The notes under the pieces: model-generated | Seen by the model: only the letters and a program-made list of their open reading frames with translations | Told to the model about the DNA's origin: nothing | Databases searched by the model: none | Program-made: the position numbers and the translations under genes | Source: a virus | Taxonomy: Duplodnaviria; Caudoviricetes | Length of the DNA: 37,170 bases | Direction: 5' to 3' (one strand) | IMG/VR virus record: IMGVR_UViG_3300043443_000429 | Span: 1-37,170 of that record | Part shown: positions 36,152-37,170 of the stretch, piece after piece | How the letters are laid out: the number at the start of each line of letters is the position of its first letter | How positions within the stretch are numbered: position 1 is the stretch's first letter

Positions 36152-36658
36152 TTAACGTTTGATAGTAGCAGCAATATTAACACTATCGGGATAATTTTTT
36201 TGAAAATAATCTATCCTATTTCCATTGAACAACAAAAATGGGTTAATCCAAAATTCTCCGTTACGTTTTTTAGCAATAATAGAGTAAGTTTCTAACTCCT
36301 CTATAGCCTTATACAAAGTATTCTTTGAACCAATATTCAATTCCTTCTGAACCTCAGTGAGGGTAAGTTTTACATAATCCATTTGTTCACCAAGTGAAAG
36401 TGCAATGTACATATACACCTTAGTAGCAATAGGTGAGAGTGCACCAATCAACCCCTTAATATTTTCAGGTTTGTACAACGCTACCTTTCTATCTCTCTCA
36501 ATGAATCTAGTAGCAACAATAGTAGTGATCTTAGCATGATCTGTTACATGCCCATCACCATCAAAAGAACTAGACTTACCTAAGTATTGATTTTCTACTA
36601 CCTTGACTAAGTCAAGTTTATTACCATACAAGAATGGATTTGATGTACCTTTTTCCAT
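36152..36658 (-). CDS. RepL-like winged-HTH protein
   Basis: KVYMYI...SKNTLYKAIEEL...IIAK...FWINPFLLFNGNRI; start moved to MEKG, which is preceded by the TATCTTTG box. Confidence 0.7.
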   Translation of the reverse strand: MEKGTSNPFLYGNKLDLVKVVENQYLGKSSSFDGDGHVTDHAKITTIVATRFIERDRKVALYKPENIKGLIGALSPIATKVYMYIALSLGEQMDYVKLTLTEVQKELNIGSKNTLYKAIEELETYSIIAKKRNGEFWINPFLLFNGNRIDYFQKNYPDSVNIAATIKR

Positions 36659-36662
36659 GTAC

Positions 36663-36696
36663 CAAAGATAATACGTTTTCCCAAAAATTGGGAAAA
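36663..36696 (-). promoter_or_regulatory. -7 box TATCTTTG plus an adjacent palindrome TTTTCCCAA-AAA-TTGGGAAAA (operator-like)
   Basis: Box at 36663-36670; perfect 9-bp inverted repeat at 36676-36696. Confidence 0.55.
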
Positions 36697-36835
36697 AGTA
36701 GCAGAAATAGTAGGTCAATAAATGGACTTTTTCCCATTTCAACTTTTGTAAGTAATAGTAACAGAACAAGTTATAGGCTATGCTCGTGTAATATTATATA
36801 CACATAAACAGTAGATCTTTTAGATAGGGATAAAT

Positions 36836-36962
36836 AAACACCCCCCACCAAGTAAGTTGAAAAAAATACCCCCCCCTGAAAAAAAAGTATTGTGTTTATG
36901 GATGACATGGGGGCCCCATTAAAAACCCCCCGTTAGTTTAGGTCCCAAGCAGGGGCCCCGCC
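36836..36962. other. Non-coding strand-switch region with A-tract/C-tract repeats and GGGGCCCC palindromes
   Basis: C6 at 36841, C8 at 36869 and C6 at 36926, each after an A-run; GGGGCCCC at 36910 and 36952. Confidence 0.6.
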
Positions 36963-37024
36963 ACATTCAAAATTGTGCCTTTTTTGTTGTGGTGTTTCAA
37001 TTAAGGTACGCAAATTAAATTTTT

Positions 37025-37170
37025 ATGACCATTACCAACGCTTCGCAACTTGATATGTTGCAAAATGTAATTTCTCCAAAGAGTTCCGCTACGACCGTAG
37101 CAACCCTACCAGGGTGGGAAACTTGGAAGAAAACTGCCACTCTTTCTTCAATTACGACACGCGAAGTCGT
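37025..37170 (+). CDS. Hypothetical protein, 5' part (first gene of the divergent block)
   Basis: ATG after an AT-rich leader; MTITNASQLDMLQNVISPKSSATTVATLPGWETWKK... open to the window edge. Confidence 0.55.
   Translation, partial: MTITNASQLDMLQNVISPKSSATTVATLPGWETWKKTATLSSITTREV

Noticed and set aside
36659-36769. N-terminal extensions in track ORFs (36152-36769; also 33450-33956, 31609-31842, 31370-31675)
   Set aside because: They run through promoter sequence or overlap upstream genes; downstream ATGs fit the overlap or promoter context better
1-37170. tRNA genes, CRISPR arrays, IS elements
   Set aside because: No cloverleaf, regular repeat-spacer array or transposase recognised by eye, and intergenic gaps are short; a tRNAscan/Infernal run would be needed to exclude ncRNAs

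Overview
Part of a crAss-like (Crassvirales-type) Bacteroidota phage genome, about 30% GC, read in the standard genetic code. Almost the whole window is one minus-strand morphogenesis/late block. From right to left: RepL-like HTH, PhoH, HTH and HU/IHF-like proteins, a Cys-rich protein, an M15 endolysin, GroES, a cluster of tiny Lys-rich genes mixed with holin-like genes, the putative small terminase, TerL, portal, scaffold, major capsid protein, gp33-like protein, ring protein, auxiliary capsid protein, fibre genes, a u-spanin-like lipoprotein, tail hub/Cys-rich tail proteins, a terminator-flanked metallophosphoesterase, ring/IHF/ring genes, and a >1660-aa muzzle (tail stabilisation) gene that runs off the left edge and is missing from the ORF track. 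The right end has a strand switch with A/C homopolymer tracts and the start of a plus-strand ORF. The main second-look items are: (i) an array of seven very basic microproteins, including a split DUF5872 and three ORFs missing from the ORF track; (ii) Bacteroidota TAnnTTTG promoter boxes exactly 4 nt before start codons, suggesting leaderless mRNAs; (iii) a 28-aa six-Cys microprotein in the tail hub operon; (iv) no TAG stops. All family assignments come from motif recall and gene order, not database searches.
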